58,002 nt of DNA from a virus (lineage: Duplodnaviria; Heunggongvirae; Uroviricota; Caudoviricetes), in the IMG/VR virus record IMGVR_UViG_2915331061_000005. One strand, written 5' to 3'. The notes beneath the pieces were generated by a model, which did not search any database, had not been told where the DNA came from, and saw only the letters and a program-made list of their open reading frames with translations. Positions 45,807 to 53,601 of the stretch are shown piece by piece; the stretch's first letter is position 1, and each line of letters starts with the position of its first letter. A program made the position numbers and the translations under genes.

Positions 45807-46542
45807 TGTCTGCATCCTCTTCCGTTTCGTCCGGCACATCGAATGCGCCAATCGCGCGGGCCTTTGCAAATTCTATCCGCTCACGTTCCAGTTTCATGCG
45901 GGCTTCGGTTTCCTCTGCCTGCTGTAGCTTTCCGATGATTGTTGCAATTCTGCCCTCCACCTTGTTCAAGGCTTCCTGCAAATGCATCTTTCTGGTGAAC
46001 GCGCTCTCCTTCGAGTACATGCCCATGTTCTGGTTTGCACCGTCTTGTTTCGCGCCGTTTACCTTTCCCGGCACTCGCATATCAAGCAGCGTGCTGATGT
46101 ATAGTTCATCTTGATCCGCGTTTTCCAGCGCGGTGATTTGGCTGAGGATTCTTTTTTCCTGAACTTTCAGAATGCCCAGTTCTTCCCGAAGGGCTTTAAC
46201 AGCGGTCTTCGGCGTTTTGTCCATGATGAACTTTTCATCATCCGTCAGCTGATCGAAGAACACCGCTGCATAGCCGCCGTGTTTCTGGGCGTTCTTATTT
46301 CTGGGCGGGGCACCGCCGCCGGGGTTTCCCTCTGCGTTCTGGTTCCCAGGCTGGCCGCCACGTTTCTTTTTGGGCGGCACTTCCAACTCGTCCCACTTTT
46401 CCTTGGACTTCCACCGGCGCACCGTGTCATAGTTCACGCCGATATCTTCTGCCAACGCCGCAAGATTCACCGCGCCGTCTTCTCGCATACGGCGTAGGTA
46501 TTCTTCGCGGGCGGCATCTTTCTTGTCGCTCCGCCTGGGCAT
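45787..46542 (-). CDS. Second terminase-small-subunit-related HTH protein, 251 aa
   Basis: HTH with TVRRWKSKEKW and GGQPGNQNA...GAPPRNKNAQKHG motifs typical of Bacillota TerS-related proteins. Confidence 0.8.
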   Translation of the reverse strand: MPRRSDKKDAAREEYLRRMREDGAVNLAALAEDIGVNYDTVRRWKSKEKWDELEVPPKKKRGGQPGNQNAEGNPGGGAPPRNKNAQKHGGYAAVFFDQLTDDEKFIMDKTPKTAVKALREELGILKVQEKRILSQITALENADQDELYISTLLDMRVPGKVNGAKQDGANQNMGMYSKESAFTRKMHLQEALNKVEGRIATIIGKLQQAEETEARMKLERERIEFAKARAIGAFDVPDETEEDADNDPLHK

Positions 46543-46690
46543 TGTGCATCCTCCAATAAAAAATGCCCCACCGGGCGCACCCGGCAGAGCATTATATTTT
46601 GCGGGTCGCTTACGAATTGTAAGCTGCTCTGTATAACAAAAGCCCCACGGCATCGCTGCCGCCGGGCTTTGTCTAAAATCCACTGTACCG

Positions 46691-46724
46691 ATTATAGCAG
46701 AAAATCAGTATCATGGAGTATCAT
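46691..46724 (-). promoter_or_regulatory. Late promoter with activator-binding direct repeat
   Basis: Minus strand ATGATACT x2 (10-nt period) in the -35 position and extended -10 TGCTATAAT; architecture expected for RinA/ArpU-activated promoters. Confidence 0.65.
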
Positions 46725-46805
46725 CTTTTGCCTTTCCGCCTTTTTTGACCCACGGGGGACTTTTTTTCCAGGGGTCTGCCGGAAATGGAAAATTTGCATT
46801 AAAAT

Positions 46806-46863
46806 CTAGCGAACTTTTGCGCTGTTGGACCCGCTAATTAGCGCGGGCGCGCGCGCAGTACCT
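46806..46863 (-). other. Candidate cos/packaging initiation region
   Basis: AGGTACT...GCGGGTCC...TTCGCTAG upstream of the terminase genes; recalled as typical of GpA-type phages, not verified. Confidence 0.35.
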
Positions 46864-46944
46864 CGCGCCCGCGCGGGGCGGGCGGCTGTGCTGTGTGCCA
46901 GGTCAGGAGAGCAGGCAGGGCGGGCGGGTACCTGCTGCCGGTGT

Positions 46945-47106
46945 GGATCAGGGCGGCGGCGTGGTCTGCTGTGCTATGGATCAGGCAGGCGGGCGGCGTG
47001 ATCCGGTGCAGTCTGTGCAGCAGATCAGCAACCAGCGCGGCGGATCAGGGCGGCGTGCTGGTGCCCGATGTGCTACGGATCAGGCAGGGCGGCGGGCGTG
47101 GATCAG
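46945..47106 (+). repeat. Five GGATCAG repeats in a GC-rich non-coding stretch
   Basis: Copies at 46945, 46978, 47042, 47077, 47100; the first four are followed by G/C-rich runs. Confidence 0.7.
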
Positions 47107-47339
47107 AAAAAAAAGCAGGCAGGGCGCGCCGTGTGTGGCGTGTTCCTGCCTGCTGTGCTGTGTGCTGCTGCGATCTTCCCGCCCCGGCACCGCTCCACGG
47201 AATGCCGCCGGGGTGCTTTTCACGCTTTCCTGGGGCGGTACTTTGTGCCGCGCCAGAGGGGTCAGATTCTCCACTTTACCGGGTAGTGCTTTATGTGTAG
47301 GGCTAGAACTTAGTGAGCTATAGCCTCCCCAGTAACCCC

Positions 47340-47558
47340 CTATAGTCCCCCTTCTTCCCCAGATTCCGCCGGGGTGAATCCATCGCGGGCCATTCTTTCG
47401 GCGCAAGCCTGCAAAATATAGGCCTGCACGCTTTGCCCAGCGGCAGCAGCTGCGGCGCGGATTTCTCCGCCGCGATCTTTCGGCGGGCGAATCTGGATTG
47501 AATCGCATTTTGCAATATATCGGCTATTTGTGATTTTCTTTTTCTCTGAAATTGGCAT
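47340..47558 (-). CDS. Ribbon-helix-helix (Arc/MetJ-like) regulator, 72 aa
   Basis: DSIQIRPPKDRGGEIRAAAAAAGQSVQAYILQACAERM beta-alpha-alpha pattern; RBS AAAGGGA; divergent from the operator array. Confidence 0.8.
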   Translation of the reverse strand: MPISEKKKITNSRYIAKCDSIQIRPPKDRGGEIRAAAAAAGQSVQAYILQACAERMARDGFTPAESGEEGGL

Positions 47559-47606
47559 TATATCATCCCTTTCGCGCGCGTTTATTATATTATAGCAAAT
47601 TGGCCT

Positions 47607-47709
47607 GCATTCCGCCATGCAAAAATGCACAAGCATTCCGTCATGTTTTTGTGCAAAAAGTAGATTGCATTCCGTCATGCTTGACAATGGCATTCCGTCA
47701 TGCTAAGAT
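47607..47709 (+). promoter_or_regulatory. Strong sigma-A promoter with four operator repeats
   Basis: GCATTCCG(T/C)CATG(C) at 47607, 47633, 47667, 47690; TTGACA (47681) - 17 nt - TGnTAAGAT (47704); the fourth operator fills the spacer. Confidence 0.85.
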
Positions 47710-47784
47710 AATGCCACAGCAAGCGCCACGGCAGACAGCCGGACGCAAGCCGAACAAAACCAACGATTGCAGGAGGATTTTATC

Positions 47785-48123
47785 ATGCGTAAGCTCAACA
47801 AAATCATCACCACCGCCGCAATGGTCGCCGCCATTCTGGCAGGCACCGCGCCAAAAGCCGCCGCCTGTTCCTACACTGTCGGCCCGCTGGGTCGCTACAT
47901 CGTCCCGGCACAGGTGCAGAGCATGACCGCTGACGGCGACGGCGTGCAGGTCTGGTGCAGCGACCTGGGCGACGGTGACGACTGGTTTTTTACCGTTGAC
48001 GCCAACACCGATTTGCACATCTTCGACCGCGTGCAGCTGGTCATTGATGCAAACGGCACACCTGATGATTTTAGCGATGATCGAGTGATCGACGCTTTTT
48101 GGAGCTGCTGCGAAGTCGATTGA
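47785..48123 (+). CDS. Secreted/membrane acidic protein, 112 aa
   Basis: RBS CAGGAGG; MRKLNK + hydrophobic stretch + AAA cleavage-like site; Asp-rich mature part. Confidence 0.8.
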   Translation: MRKLNKIITTAAMVAAILAGTAPKAAACSYTVGPLGRYIVPAQVQSMTADGDGVQVWCSDLGDGDDWFFTVDANTDLHIFDRVQLVIDANGTPDDFSDDRVIDAFWSCCEVD

Positions 48124-48136
48124 CAGCAGTTCCCCC

Positions 48137-48198
48137 GGACACTCTAGCAGGGCTGCACCGTAAAGCAGCCCCGCCCCACTACCCCGGCAGCAGCCGGG
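48137..48198 (+). repeat. Structured intergenic repeat, copy 1
   Basis: GGACAC..., stem GGGCTGC/GCAGCCC with loop ACCGTAAA, second stem CCCGGC/GCCGGG. Confidence 0.85.
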
Positions 48199-48240
48199 AG
48201 ATTATACGAACGCACACCACGAACAAAGGAGTGTTACAGC

Positions 48241-48585
48241 ATGAAGGAATACCAGCTTGATCCGCTGCCTGACGTCACCGGCGACCCGGCAGAACTCTTT
48301 TTCGATGACCGCGAAGATTGCGAGTTTGCACGCACCCTTGCAGCCCGCACCGCCGCGATCATCTCCCAGGTGCGGCGCTACACCGTCACCCGGTACACCT
48401 ACCCCGGGCGGCAGATCATTGTAGCCCCCAGCACCCGCACCCCGGGCGGCTGGCAGGTGACTTTCTACCATACCGACCGGATCACCGGCGATATGGAGCC
48501 ATCCTATCACACCGATTGCGACACGCTGGAAAAGGTCGCCGCCGAAATCCCGCACAGCTTTTGCGCTGCCGATGCCGTCGCCTGA
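48241..48585 (+). CDS. Hypothetical protein, 114 aa
   Basis: RBS AAGGAG; GGWQVTF and SYHTD motifs. Confidence 0.8.
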   Translation: MKEYQLDPLPDVTGDPAELFFDDREDCEFARTLAARTAAIISQVRRYTVTRYTYPGRQIIVAPSTRTPGGWQVTFYHTDRITGDMEPSYHTDCDTLEKVAAEIPHSFCAADAVA

Positions 48586-48593
48586 TCCCAGCC

Positions 48594-48654
48594 GGACGCC
48601 TTGACGGGCCGCACCGTAAAGCGACCCGGTCCCAACACCCGGCACACCGCCGGG
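48594..48654 (+). repeat. Structured intergenic repeat, copy 2
   Basis: GGGCCGC-ACCGTAAA-GCGACCC then CCCGGC-ACACC-GCCGGG. Confidence 0.85.
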
Positions 48655-48689
48655 ACAATTTGAGAACTGAATACAGGAGGTTTTACACC

Positions 48690-49538
48690 ATGAGAAACAA
48701 CGATCTTATTGCAACCGCCGTTTGTGCCCAGTACACCCCTGAACAGCTGCACAAGCTGGCCGCCCACTACTACACCGCCGACGAGATTGCCAGCGCCGCC
48801 GCAAAAATCATTGTGGAGCCGGGCGAAGACGGCACCGCACCCGATCCCGTGGAGATTGCAGAAGAAACCCTTTGCGCCGCTCTTTTCCACACGTTCGACG
48901 GCTGGAAAAGCCCCAGAAACGGCGGGCTGAGCGTCAAGCGCGGCGAAAAGGCCGCGATCCGCTGCAAGCTCTGGAAATACAAGGACAGCCCCAAGCCCGA
49001 AGACCTGCCCGCCGACGCTGACCCGCTGACCCGGGCAGCCGCTGAGCAAGGCGGCGGTGACTACTACATGACCACCGCCTACCTTTTCGGACGCTGGCAG
49101 GTTGAGAAGCGCGAGCCGAAGAAGCCCACAGAAAAACGCTTTAAGTCCCTTGATGACATCCGGGCTTATAACAAAATGCTGGCAGACCAGCGCAAAGCCG
49201 CAAAGGCCGCTGCCCAGCAGGACAAGCCCCAGACCGAACCGGCGACCGCCGAACAGCCCGCCCCGGCTCCCAAGCAGGAAGCAGTGCCCAGCGTGGCCGC
49301 ACTCAAGCAGGCAGAACGCAAGGCAAAGCGGGAATTTATGGCCGTGTCCGAAGAGGACCGCCCCGCCCAGGCGAAAGCGCTGGCAAAGTGGCGTGATGCC
49401 CGGCAGGCCGTCGCAGACGCAGAGAGCGCACCGAAGACCGCCGCACCCGCCCCCGAAGCAAAGCCCCAGGCCAAAGCAGCCCCCGCCGCCAGCGCAGACA
49501 GCGCCCCGGCATACTGTGAGCAGACTTCTTTCTGCTGA
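48690..49538 (+). CDS. ArdC-like ssDNA-binding (antirestriction-type) N-terminal domain protein with Ala/Pro/Lys-rich tail, 282 aa
   Basis: FHTFDGWK...VKRGEKA...LWK...AYLFGRWQV matches the ArdC N-terminal pattern; RBS CAGGAGG before 48690. Confidence 0.7.
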   Translation: MRNNDLIATAVCAQYTPEQLHKLAAHYYTADEIASAAAKIIVEPGEDGTAPDPVEIAEETLCAALFHTFDGWKSPRNGGLSVKRGEKAAIRCKLWKYKDSPKPEDLPADADPLTRAAAEQGGGDYYMTTAYLFGRWQVEKREPKKPTEKRFKSLDDIRAYNKMLADQRKAAKAAAQQDKPQTEPATAEQPAPAPKQEAVPSVAALKQAERKAKREFMAVSEEDRPAQAKALAKWRDARQAVADAESAPKTAAPAPEAKPQAKAAPAASADSAPAYCEQTSFC

Positions 49539-49541
49539 ATG

Positions 49542-49605
49542 GGATACCCTAGCAGGGCCGCACCCCAGAAAAGCGGCCCCGCCCCACACCCGGCACACCG
49601 CCGGG
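49542..49605 (+). repeat. Structured intergenic repeat, copy 3
   Basis: GGGCCGC-ACCCCAGAAAA-GCGGCCC then CCCGGC-ACACC-GCCGGG. Confidence 0.85.
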
Positions 49606-49639
49606 ACGATTGAAAATTGAATAGCAGGAGGATTATACC

Positions 49640-50224
49640 ATGAAACTTTCTACCAACTTCACCCTGTTCGGCCTCAATGTCAAGGCGATCCAAGCCTATC
49701 TCAAGGAGCAGGCAAAGGACCGGCGCGGGGTTCGCATCACCTGCCGTGGCGATCTGGTCTATATCATCACGGCATACACCGCGTTCAAGCTGCCCTCTGT
49801 CCTGTATGCCGACGTGATCCAGCCCGTGACATTCCGCGAATGCCCCGCCGACGGCGTGACCATCATTTCCGCCCAGTATGGTTTTGAGGTGGAAGAGAAC
49901 GCGCCGGATCTGGTGGACATCTTCAAGCGCCACGCCCCCAACGAAAAGCCCGTGGAGCGCACGCCGTTCTTGCAGGACATTCCCACCGGCAAAAAGAAGA
50001 GCGGCCTTGCACGGCTTTTCCACATCGGGACAACGCCCATCTTGATAAATGCCGACTACGACAGCATGGTGAACCCGGTGCAATTCACCTATCACGGCAC
50101 GACGCGCGGCTATTCCCCCGTGTACGCTGTCAGCGCCAGTGATCCGACGATCTCCGTCATCATGCTGCCCATCAAGCCCACCGCAGAAGTGGAAACGCTC
50201 TGCAAGAAAATGTTTTCCGAATGA
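49640..50224 (+). CDS. Hypothetical protein, 194 aa
   Basis: RBS CAGGAGG; coherent codon usage. Confidence 0.8.
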   Translation: MKLSTNFTLFGLNVKAIQAYLKEQAKDRRGVRITCRGDLVYIITAYTAFKLPSVLYADVIQPVTFRECPADGVTIISAQYGFEVEENAPDLVDIFKRHAPNEKPVERTPFLQDIPTGKKKSGLARLFHIGTTPILINADYDSMVNPVQFTYHGTTRGYSPVYAVSASDPTISVIMLPIKPTAEVETLCKKMFSE

Positions 50225-50335
50225 CCCGCAAGGCCGACGGCATCCCGCCGCCGCTGGTGCAAGCCCAGCCGCCCCGCCGGGGCGGGCGCTCATGGGTCCA
50301 CACCCAGACACAACAGAATAACAGGAGGTTTTACC

Positions 50336-50836
50336 ATGTCTTGCATTCAACTTTCCGAAAAGCACATTGCCACCGTCGCCCACGGTCTGGCGTTCATCCT
50401 CAACGGGGCCGGCGGTATGTGCCACCTTGCCGCATCCTACGAGCTGCCGGAGTTGTCCGACGCTCTGAGCGCCTGCCGATATCCGCATGACTTTCTCTTT
50501 GATGACCGCAAGATTTACGCCGTTCTCTACAAGCTGAACGATGCCGCATACACTGGCCGCTACCACTTGGAGACAGCCGACGCCGAAGATTTTCCCACCA
50601 TGCCGGCCATCTTTCCGCACCTGCTCCATCTTCTCGACTGGGATGCAGGGCGCTATACAATCGACCGCGATTTTTACGCATTCACAAAGCTGCTGGACAG
50701 TTTCATCTACCAGTGCAACGAAGATGCAACCCGGAACAACCCCGTTCTAAAAGCTCTTTCCGGCACTTCCCGTGCACTGTATGCGTTCATTGTCCAGAAT
50801 GCCGCCGAATATAACAACGCCGAATGGATCATCTGA
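50336..50836 (+). CDS. Hypothetical protein, 166 aa
   Basis: RBS CAGGAGG; LN-x2-AY-x2-RY and YQCNE motifs. Confidence 0.8.
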   Translation: MSCIQLSEKHIATVAHGLAFILNGAGGMCHLAASYELPELSDALSACRYPHDFLFDDRKIYAVLYKLNDAAYTGRYHLETADAEDFPTMPAIFPHLLHLLDWDAGRYTIDRDFYAFTKLLDSFIYQCNEDATRNNPVLKALSGTSRALYAFIVQNAAEYNNAEWII

Positions 50837-50844
50837 CCCGCCCC

Positions 50845-50898
50845 GGACACCTCAGCAGGGCCGCACCGTAAAGCGACCCCGCCCCAGCCCGCAAGGGC
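50845..50898 (+). repeat. Structured intergenic repeat, copy 4
   Basis: GGGCCGC-ACCGTAAA-GCGACCC then GCCC-GCAA-GGGC. Confidence 0.85.
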
Positions 50899-50970
50899 CA
50901 CACGAAAACGCGAACCCCCTACCGGGGAGAGCGAAATGCTTTGAAAACTGAATATTTGGAGGTTTACACA

Positions 50971-51882
50971 ATGGCTATCATCAACGAAGAGAACGCCCGC
51001 ATTGCAAAACAGCTGTCTTCTTTCTCCGACTATGTGGAGGGAAGCGCAACGGCCAGCTACAACGCCCAGTGCGCCGAAGCCGCCGCGATCCTTGAGCAGG
51101 TCAAACCCAAGTGCGCCACCGCAGACCAGCGGGAGCGGGCCGAATGGCTGTACAGCCGCTATTGCGCCGTGCTGGCCGAAGCGATCAACCGTGAAAACGA
51201 GATCGGGACCCGTTGCCCGTCTGTGCTCATCTGCGGCCCCGCAAACTTTCCTGTTCGCAAGAAAGAGAAGCAGGTAGCAGCGTGGGACGCGAACCGCGAG
51301 AACTTCCGCAAGGCTGACCACTATTTGCAGATGCTCAAGCGGGCGCACACGCTGGCTGTCAAGTCCGACGATCCCGAAGCGCTGGACTATCTCCGCGCAA
51401 AACTCGACCAGCTCCAAACCGCGCACCAGACCATGAAAGACGCGAACGCCTACTATCGCAAGCACAAAACGCTTGACGGCTGCCCCGGCGTTACCGCCAA
51501 GGAACGTGCATGGCTTGAAAATGACCACGTTTTCAACGGCGGTTCTCCGCTGGCTCTCTACGGTTGCCCTTATCCCGCCTATGCACTGCAAAACAGCAAC
51601 GCCAGCATCAAGCGGGCAAAGGACCGTATCGCAAAGCTGGAAGCAGCCAAGGCCGCACAGCCCGTGGAAGATGAACACGACGGCTACACCTACCGAGAGA
51701 ACGCCGAAGCAATGCGTGTTCAATTCCAGTTCGACGGCAAGCCGGACGACGAAACCAGGGCGCTTCTCAAGCGCAACGGGTTCAGGTGGGCACCGTCGCT
51801 GGGTGTCTGGCAGCGCCAGCTTAACGACAATGGCAAGTATGCCGCCCACCGCGTCATGGAGGTTCTGGACGGTCAGCAGTAA
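50971..51882 (+). CDS. DUF3560-like protein, 303 aa
   Basis: PSVLICGPANFP and FDGKPDDETRALLKRNGFRWAPSLGVWQR motifs; ATG at 50971 behind GGAGG. Confidence 0.7.
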   Translation: MAIINEENARIAKQLSSFSDYVEGSATASYNAQCAEAAAILEQVKPKCATADQRERAEWLYSRYCAVLAEAINRENEIGTRCPSVLICGPANFPVRKKEKQVAAWDANRENFRKADHYLQMLKRAHTLAVKSDDPEALDYLRAKLDQLQTAHQTMKDANAYYRKHKTLDGCPGVTAKERAWLENDHVFNGGSPLALYGCPYPAYALQNSNASIKRAKDRIAKLEAAKAAQPVEDEHDGYTYRENAEAMRVQFQFDGKPDDETRALLKRNGFRWAPSLGVWQRQLNDNGKYAAHRVMEVLDGQQ

Positions 51883-51885
51883 AAC

Positions 51886-51939
51886 GGACACTCTGACGGG
51901 GTTGCACCGTAAAGCAGCCCCATCCCAGCCCGCAAGGGC
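51886..51939 (+). repeat. Structured intergenic repeat, copy 5
   Basis: GGGGTTGC-ACCGTAAA-GCAGCCCC then GCCC-GCAA-GGGC. Confidence 0.85.
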
Positions 51940-52043
51940 AGCACCCGCCGCCGGCCCCGGTATCTATATACCCAGATCGGCAAATCTAAAAACTCGAATC
52001 CCTACCGGGACGAGCAAATGCACATCACTTTGGAGGTATTTAC

Positions 52044-52313
52044 ATGAAACTCAAGGAAACCCGTATTCTTGACGCTGCGGGGGCACGTTACGCCTGCATT
52101 GCCAACGACTACTGCACCCGCTGCGATTGTGAAGAATATGACCACATTCTGGCCGACGCGGACACGTCCAGCCGCAAACCGGGCGGTATCACGGTTGACG
52201 ATCTGGCCCGCATCGCCGAAGCAATCAAGGCCGTCAGCGAAACGGATGACGATGTGCCTGCTATCGCTTTTGCGCTTTCCCGGCGCACCATGTCCCATTT
52301 TGAGCAGGTCTGA
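52044..52313 (+). CDS. Hypothetical protein, 89 aa
   Basis: RBS GGAGGT; followed by a GC hairpin at ~52322-52341. Confidence 0.8.
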   Translation: MKLKETRILDAAGARYACIANDYCTRCDCEEYDHILADADTSSRKPGGITVDDLARIAEAIKAVSETDDDVPAIAFALSRRTMSHFEQV

Positions 52314-52456
52314 ATCATCCCGCCCCGGTAGCCCGCCGGGGCATCTTGTGTTATGCTATTGCTGTCTTGAATATGCGTTTTTCTGGTGCTTATGTGCTCA
52401 AACTGAGCATATTTGTATCAAAATCATGGTTAAGTGTTCGGAAATGAGGTGTTTTT

Positions 52457-52696
52457 GTGATTGAAGGTGAAGTTTTCGCCCCTTGGCGGCTTGTTGCCAG
52501 CTTTGCAGACGGCAGCCGGTTATTATTCGATGGTTTGACCGAACAGCAGGCAAAAGCAGCTATGGAGAGTGCCCAGCGCGAGCACGGCTGTATTTCGTGG
52601 TGGGATCATGTGACAGACCTGAATTATGAGGACGGACGTTATTATCGCACCACGCCAGAGCCGCCCACGATCCACGTCTTGAAAATTGACGAATAA
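52457..52696 (+). CDS. Hypothetical protein, 79 aa
   Basis: GTG start with RBS GAGGTG; ends at a bidirectional terminator. Confidence 0.65.
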   Translation: MIEGEVFAPWRLVASFADGSRLLFDGLTEQQAKAAMESAQREHGCISWWDHVTDLNYEDGRYYRTTPEPPTIHVLKIDE

Positions 52697-52738
52697 AGAA
52701 ATACCCGGTAGGCCATACAGCCCGCCGGGTATTTCTTT
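52695..52738. terminator. Bidirectional terminator
   Basis: 14-bp inverted repeat aaagaaatacccgg / ccgggtatttcttt between convergent transcription units. Confidence 0.85.
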
Positions 52739-52933
52739 GCTCATTTTTCATTGTTTCGGGTATTCGTGTTTGTTTCCCAGCGGCGTTTTTGCGTTTCGCG
52801 GAAATGTTTCACATACGCGTAATGGTTTCCGGCCGAATTTGCCTTTATATCATACGCGCGAAGGTGAAACGCTTTCACGTTTTTCGTAGACCCTTCCGGG
52901 GTGCAGCGTTTGCATTCTCTAAGCTGGTGCGCT

Positions 52934-53416
52934 TTACTTACGCGCATTATACGCACGCGCACGGATTTCTTCCGCCTGCGGCATATCGTCAAGGCTTTCA
53001 GCAAGCCGCACCAAAGCTTCCGCTTTTATCCGCTTTGTGTGCGATACGCTGTACCCGATTTTATGCGCCGTTTCCTCTGAACTGTGGCCACACAGCCATA
53101 ATTCCGAAATCACTGTTGTGTACACAGTCTTTAGTGACCAGATTTGTGCGCGGATCACAGCAAAGTCCCCACGCAGCACCACTTCTTGTACTTCCAGTTC
53201 CCGCAAACGGTCAAGGCTCCCCAGTTCTTCGGCTCTCTGGGCAATGTCCGCTGTGCTGTCGCTGTGTCCGCTTCCGTGCGGCATTCCGCCGTACTCAATG
53301 CCGCGCAGACAGTTCAGATCGCCTTCTAGCAGGTCTTTTTCTGCCGCAATTGTGCGCAGCTTCTTTTGGATATCCGCCGCGTAGTCCAAAACCATTTTTG
53401 CATCTTCAATCCGCAT
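52934..53416 (-). CDS. RinA/ArpU-family late transcriptional activator
   Basis: Y-x-GMPHGSG-x-SD motif and C-terminal sigma-4-like HTH (EETAHKIGYSVSHTKRIKAEAL). Confidence 0.8.
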   Translation of the reverse strand: MRIEDAKMVLDYAADIQKKLRTIAAEKDLLEGDLNCLRGIEYGGMPHGSGHSDSTADIAQRAEELGSLDRLRELEVQEVVLRGDFAVIRAQIWSLKTVYTTVISELWLCGHSSEETAHKIGYSVSHTKRIKAEALVRLAESLDDMPQAEEIRARAYNARK

Positions 53417-53443
53417 CTTCTGCGCCCTCCTGCGGCTCTGCCG

Positions 53444-53578
53444 TTACTGTTTTTTTGTGGTATCTGCCTTTTTGGCTTCCATCGCCGCCTTTCGACGGGC
53501 TGCCTGTTTTTGCCTGATCTGTAAACCCAGCGACTTTTTGAAATACGCCGGGAGCGGCTTTTTCTTAGGCTTTCCCAT
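53444..53578 (-). CDS. Very basic 44-aa peptide
   Basis: MGKPKKKPLPAYFKKSLGLQIRQKQAARRKAAMEAKKADTTKKQ; RBS GAGGTG; not in the ORF track. Confidence 0.6.
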   Translation of the reverse strand: MGKPKKKPLPAYFKKSLGLQIRQKQAARRKAAMEAKKADTTKKQ

Positions 53579-53601
53579 GTTCTGCACCTCTTTTCTGCGT
53601 T

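Noticed and set aside
46893-47508. Several 65-142 aa ORFs on both strands
   Set aside because: Low-complexity GC-rich repeat DNA giving Arg/Ala/Gly-rich translations without RBSs; only the RHH gene is supported.
49166-50629. 487-aa minus-strand ORF
   Set aside because: Antisense to plus-strand genes that have strong RBSs and crosses structured intergenic repeats.
48137-51939. Intergenic repeats as a CRISPR array
   Set aside because: Copies are degenerate, separated by whole genes of 0.3-0.9 kb, and no cas genes are present.
52741-53004. 87-aa minus-strand ORF after the late activator
   Set aside because: Overlaps the activator by 71 nt, has no RBS or motif; not supportable.
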